Assembly (NCBI GenBank): GCA_963843575.1
Contig: CAWJKZ010000017.1
Span: forward strand, 96,001-160,000
Direction: 5' to 3'
DNA from: an uncultured Acidobacteriota bacterium
GTDB lineage: Bacteria; Acidobacteriota; UBA6911
Length of the DNA stretch: 64,000 nt
The notes under the pieces are model-generated. The model had not been told where the DNA came from and made no database searches. It worked only from the letters and a program-made list of their open reading frames with translations. The translations under genes were made by a program, and so were the position numbers. Shown piece by piece: positions 62,016-64,000 of the stretch (positions are counted from its first letter, which is position 1; the number at the start of each line of letters is the position of its first letter).

Positions 62016-63002
62016 GTGGGTGTCAATACGGACATCATCGTGGGTGTCGATCTGGGCGGTACCAGCCTGCGTGCTGTGGTCCTGGATCGCCGAAACCGGA
62101 TCCTGGCGATCGAGAAGATCCCGACAAAGGCGGAGAATCCGGCCGCAGGGCTGATCCGCGACATCGCGGCGAGTGTGCGGAAAGCAGCGATTGCGGCGGA
62201 AGTCCAGTGGTCCCGGGTGGGCGCGGTCAGCGTCGGCGCCCCGGGAGCGGTCGACCCGGCCAGCGGGATCGTGTACAAGGCCCCGAACCTCGGCTGGGAA
62301 GACGTGCCGCTCGGCGCCAAGCTCGAATCCATCCTCAAGGTGCCGGTTTTCGTGGAGAACGACGTCAATGCCGGAACCGTCGGGGAGCACGTGCTCGGAG
62401 CCGGGAAAGGCACCAGCGATATGGTGGGGGTCTTCGTCGGCACGGGGATCGGGGGCGGATTAATCCTGCGGGGCCGGCTCTTCGACGGGTTTCGTGGCGC
62501 GGCCGGGGAGATCGGACACATCATCGTGGAAAAGGATGGGCCGCGCTGCGGCTGCGGCAAACGAGGTTGCGTGGAGGCGCTCGCCAGCAGGAGCGCCGTG
62601 GAGCGAGACGTTCGCCGCGCTATCCGGGCAGGGGCGCACAGCGTCGTGCCGCAGATCCTGAAGGAGCGCGGCCGCACCCGCATGACCAGCAGCATTATCG
62701 TGCGCGCGCTGAGGAAAAGGGATCCCGTGGTGGGCCGGGCATTTCGACGCGCGCAATTCTACCTGGGGATACTGGTCGCCAACCTCGTGAACACGCTGGA
62801 CCCCGAGGCCGTCGTCATCGGGGGCGGCATTGCCGAACGTCTACAGGAGAGGTTCGTGGCGCCGATCCGGGCGACCGCCTGGAAGTACTTCCTCAGGCAG
62901 GACGGTCGCGAACGCGTCCGGATCGTCCCCGGGACCCTCGGGGACAACGCCGGAGCGCTCGGCGCCGCCGTTCTGGCCCGCCGCCGTCTGCGCGCCGGGT
63001 AA
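62016..63002 (+). CDS. ROK-family sugar kinase (glucokinase-like)
   Basis: GVDLGGT, ENDVNA, GTGIGGG, GEIGH, CGCGKRGCVE. Confidence 0.9.
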   Translation: MGVNTDIIVGVDLGGTSLRAVVLDRRNRILAIEKIPTKAENPAAGLIRDIAASVRKAAIAAEVQWSRVGAVSVGAPGAVDPASGIVYKAPNLGWEDVPLGAKLESILKVPVFVENDVNAGTVGEHVLGAGKGTSDMVGVFVGTGIGGGLILRGRLFDGFRGAAGEIGHIIVEKDGPRCGCGKRGCVEALASRSAVERDVRRAIRAGAHSVVPQILKERGRTRMTSSIIVRALRKRDPVVGRAFRRAQFYLGILVANLVNTLDPEAVVIGGGIAERLQERFVAPIRATAWKYFLRQDGRERVRIVPGTLGDNAGALGAAVLARRRLRAG

Positions 63003-63019
63003 TAAGGATCCAGCCGCTT

Positions 63020-63130
63020 ATGTGGAGTGCGGCGGCTCGACGCCCACCAGGCCAACGCGAGCTTTTCGTTTGCCCCGGTCCCTTGATCCAGACGCGTGTG
63101 AAATTCAGGCCGAGGCGCCGTACTCCATAT
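63020..63130. repeat. TGGAGTGCGGC-type REP doublet
   Basis: ATGTGGAGTGCGGCGGCTCG ... CCGAGGCGCCGTACTCCATAT; same family as the MITE-D cargo. Confidence 0.65.
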
Positions 63131-63936
63131 CAGTCCCGGAGGACTGGCGCAGGAAGCACCGTGGCGGAGGGGTCCCAGAGGCGCCGGACGACGGCGCCCA
63201 CGACCGCGGCGTCCCCGCTCGTCCAGAAGCGTTCGCTCCCTCGCCGGGTGCCCAGGTTGCGCAATTCGTGTTTGTCGAGAATGCGGCTCAGTTGTTGCGC
63301 AACCGCTTTGCCCGTGTCGATGAGGGCGACCTCCGGGCCCACCACGGCCGAGATCAGGGGCCGAATGAACGGGTAGTGAGTGCAGCCCAGCACGATCACG
63401 TCGGCGCCGCCGGCCATCAGGGGCGCCGTATATCGCTCGACCAGGCGCCGTGTTTCCGACTCATCGAGCGCGCCCGCCTCGATCTGCTCGACCAAGCCCG
63501 GGCAGGCCTGAACGAGGACCTTGACGTCCCGTCCGAAGCGCTCCAACAGCGCCGCAAGACGCGCGCTGGCGACGGTTCCGACGGTCGCCAGCACTCCGAC
63601 GACCCCGGATCGGGTAGCCGCCGCGGCAGGCTTCACCGCCGGCTCCATGGCGACGACCGGCACGGGCAACCGGCGCCGGAGCACCTCGGCCGCCGCCGCC
63701 GTGGCCGTGTTACAGGCGACCACGATCGCCTTGGCCCCCTCGTGGCACAGGAAGCGGGACAACAGGAGCGCCCTGGTCTCGATATATCCCCGGGGCTTGC
63801 TTCCATAGGGGATGTGGGCCGAGTCCGCGGCGTAGAGCAGGTCTTCGTGGGGCAATAACGCCCGGATGTCGTGCAGCACCGACAGGCCGCCTACCCCCGA
63901 GTCGAAAACGCCGACCGGACCCGAATTGCCTTTCAT
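63130..63936 (-). CDS. murI: Glutamate racemase
   Basis: FDSGVGGLSV, PYG, VACNTAT, LGCTHYP. Confidence 0.95.
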   Translation of the reverse strand: MKGNSGPVGVFDSGVGGLSVLHDIRALLPHEDLLYAADSAHIPYGSKPRGYIETRALLLSRFLCHEGAKAIVVACNTATAAAAEVLRRRLPVPVVAMEPAVKPAAAATRSGVVGVLATVGTVASARLAALLERFGRDVKVLVQACPGLVEQIEAGALDESETRRLVERYTAPLMAGGADVIVLGCTHYPFIRPLISAVVGPEVALIDTGKAVAQQLSRILDKHELRNLGTRRGSERFWTSGDAAVVGAVVRRLWDPSATVLPAPVLRD

Positions 63937-64000
63937 CTCGCTCCTGCCAACCGCCGGAGGGCGGCAGATCGCAACGCCGTCTACGGGTTTATTGCCCGAA

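Overview
This is a GC-rich bacterial chromosomal segment whose gene content and style suggest Acidobacteriota or similar (inference). It holds about 50 tightly packed housekeeping, cell-envelope and catabolic genes, including polB, alpha-2-macroglobulin plus pbpC, hpnH, tex, dcp, murI, peptidases, glycoside hydrolases, glycosyltransferases and transporters. I saw no rRNA, tRNA, CRISPR array, transposase, integrase or prophage. About 13 genes are broken by single-base indels, nearly all in the first 35 kb, which looks like long-read consensus error rather than real decay. The most unusual structure is intergenic: several nested families of small non-autonomous palindromic elements. These are REP doublets, a MITE inserted exactly into the 4-nt REP loop and carrying another REP family, TAA-targeting MITEs with a shared core but different TIRs, and ATCCG ~9-mer foldbacks. 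Other points of interest are a probable attenuator upstream of an RRM gene, many apparently leaderless genes, a 32-aa membrane protein, a Tat-exported dipeptide epimerase coupled to pbpC, a split GtrA/GT-C plus GT2 glycosylation set, and orphan secreted enzymes.
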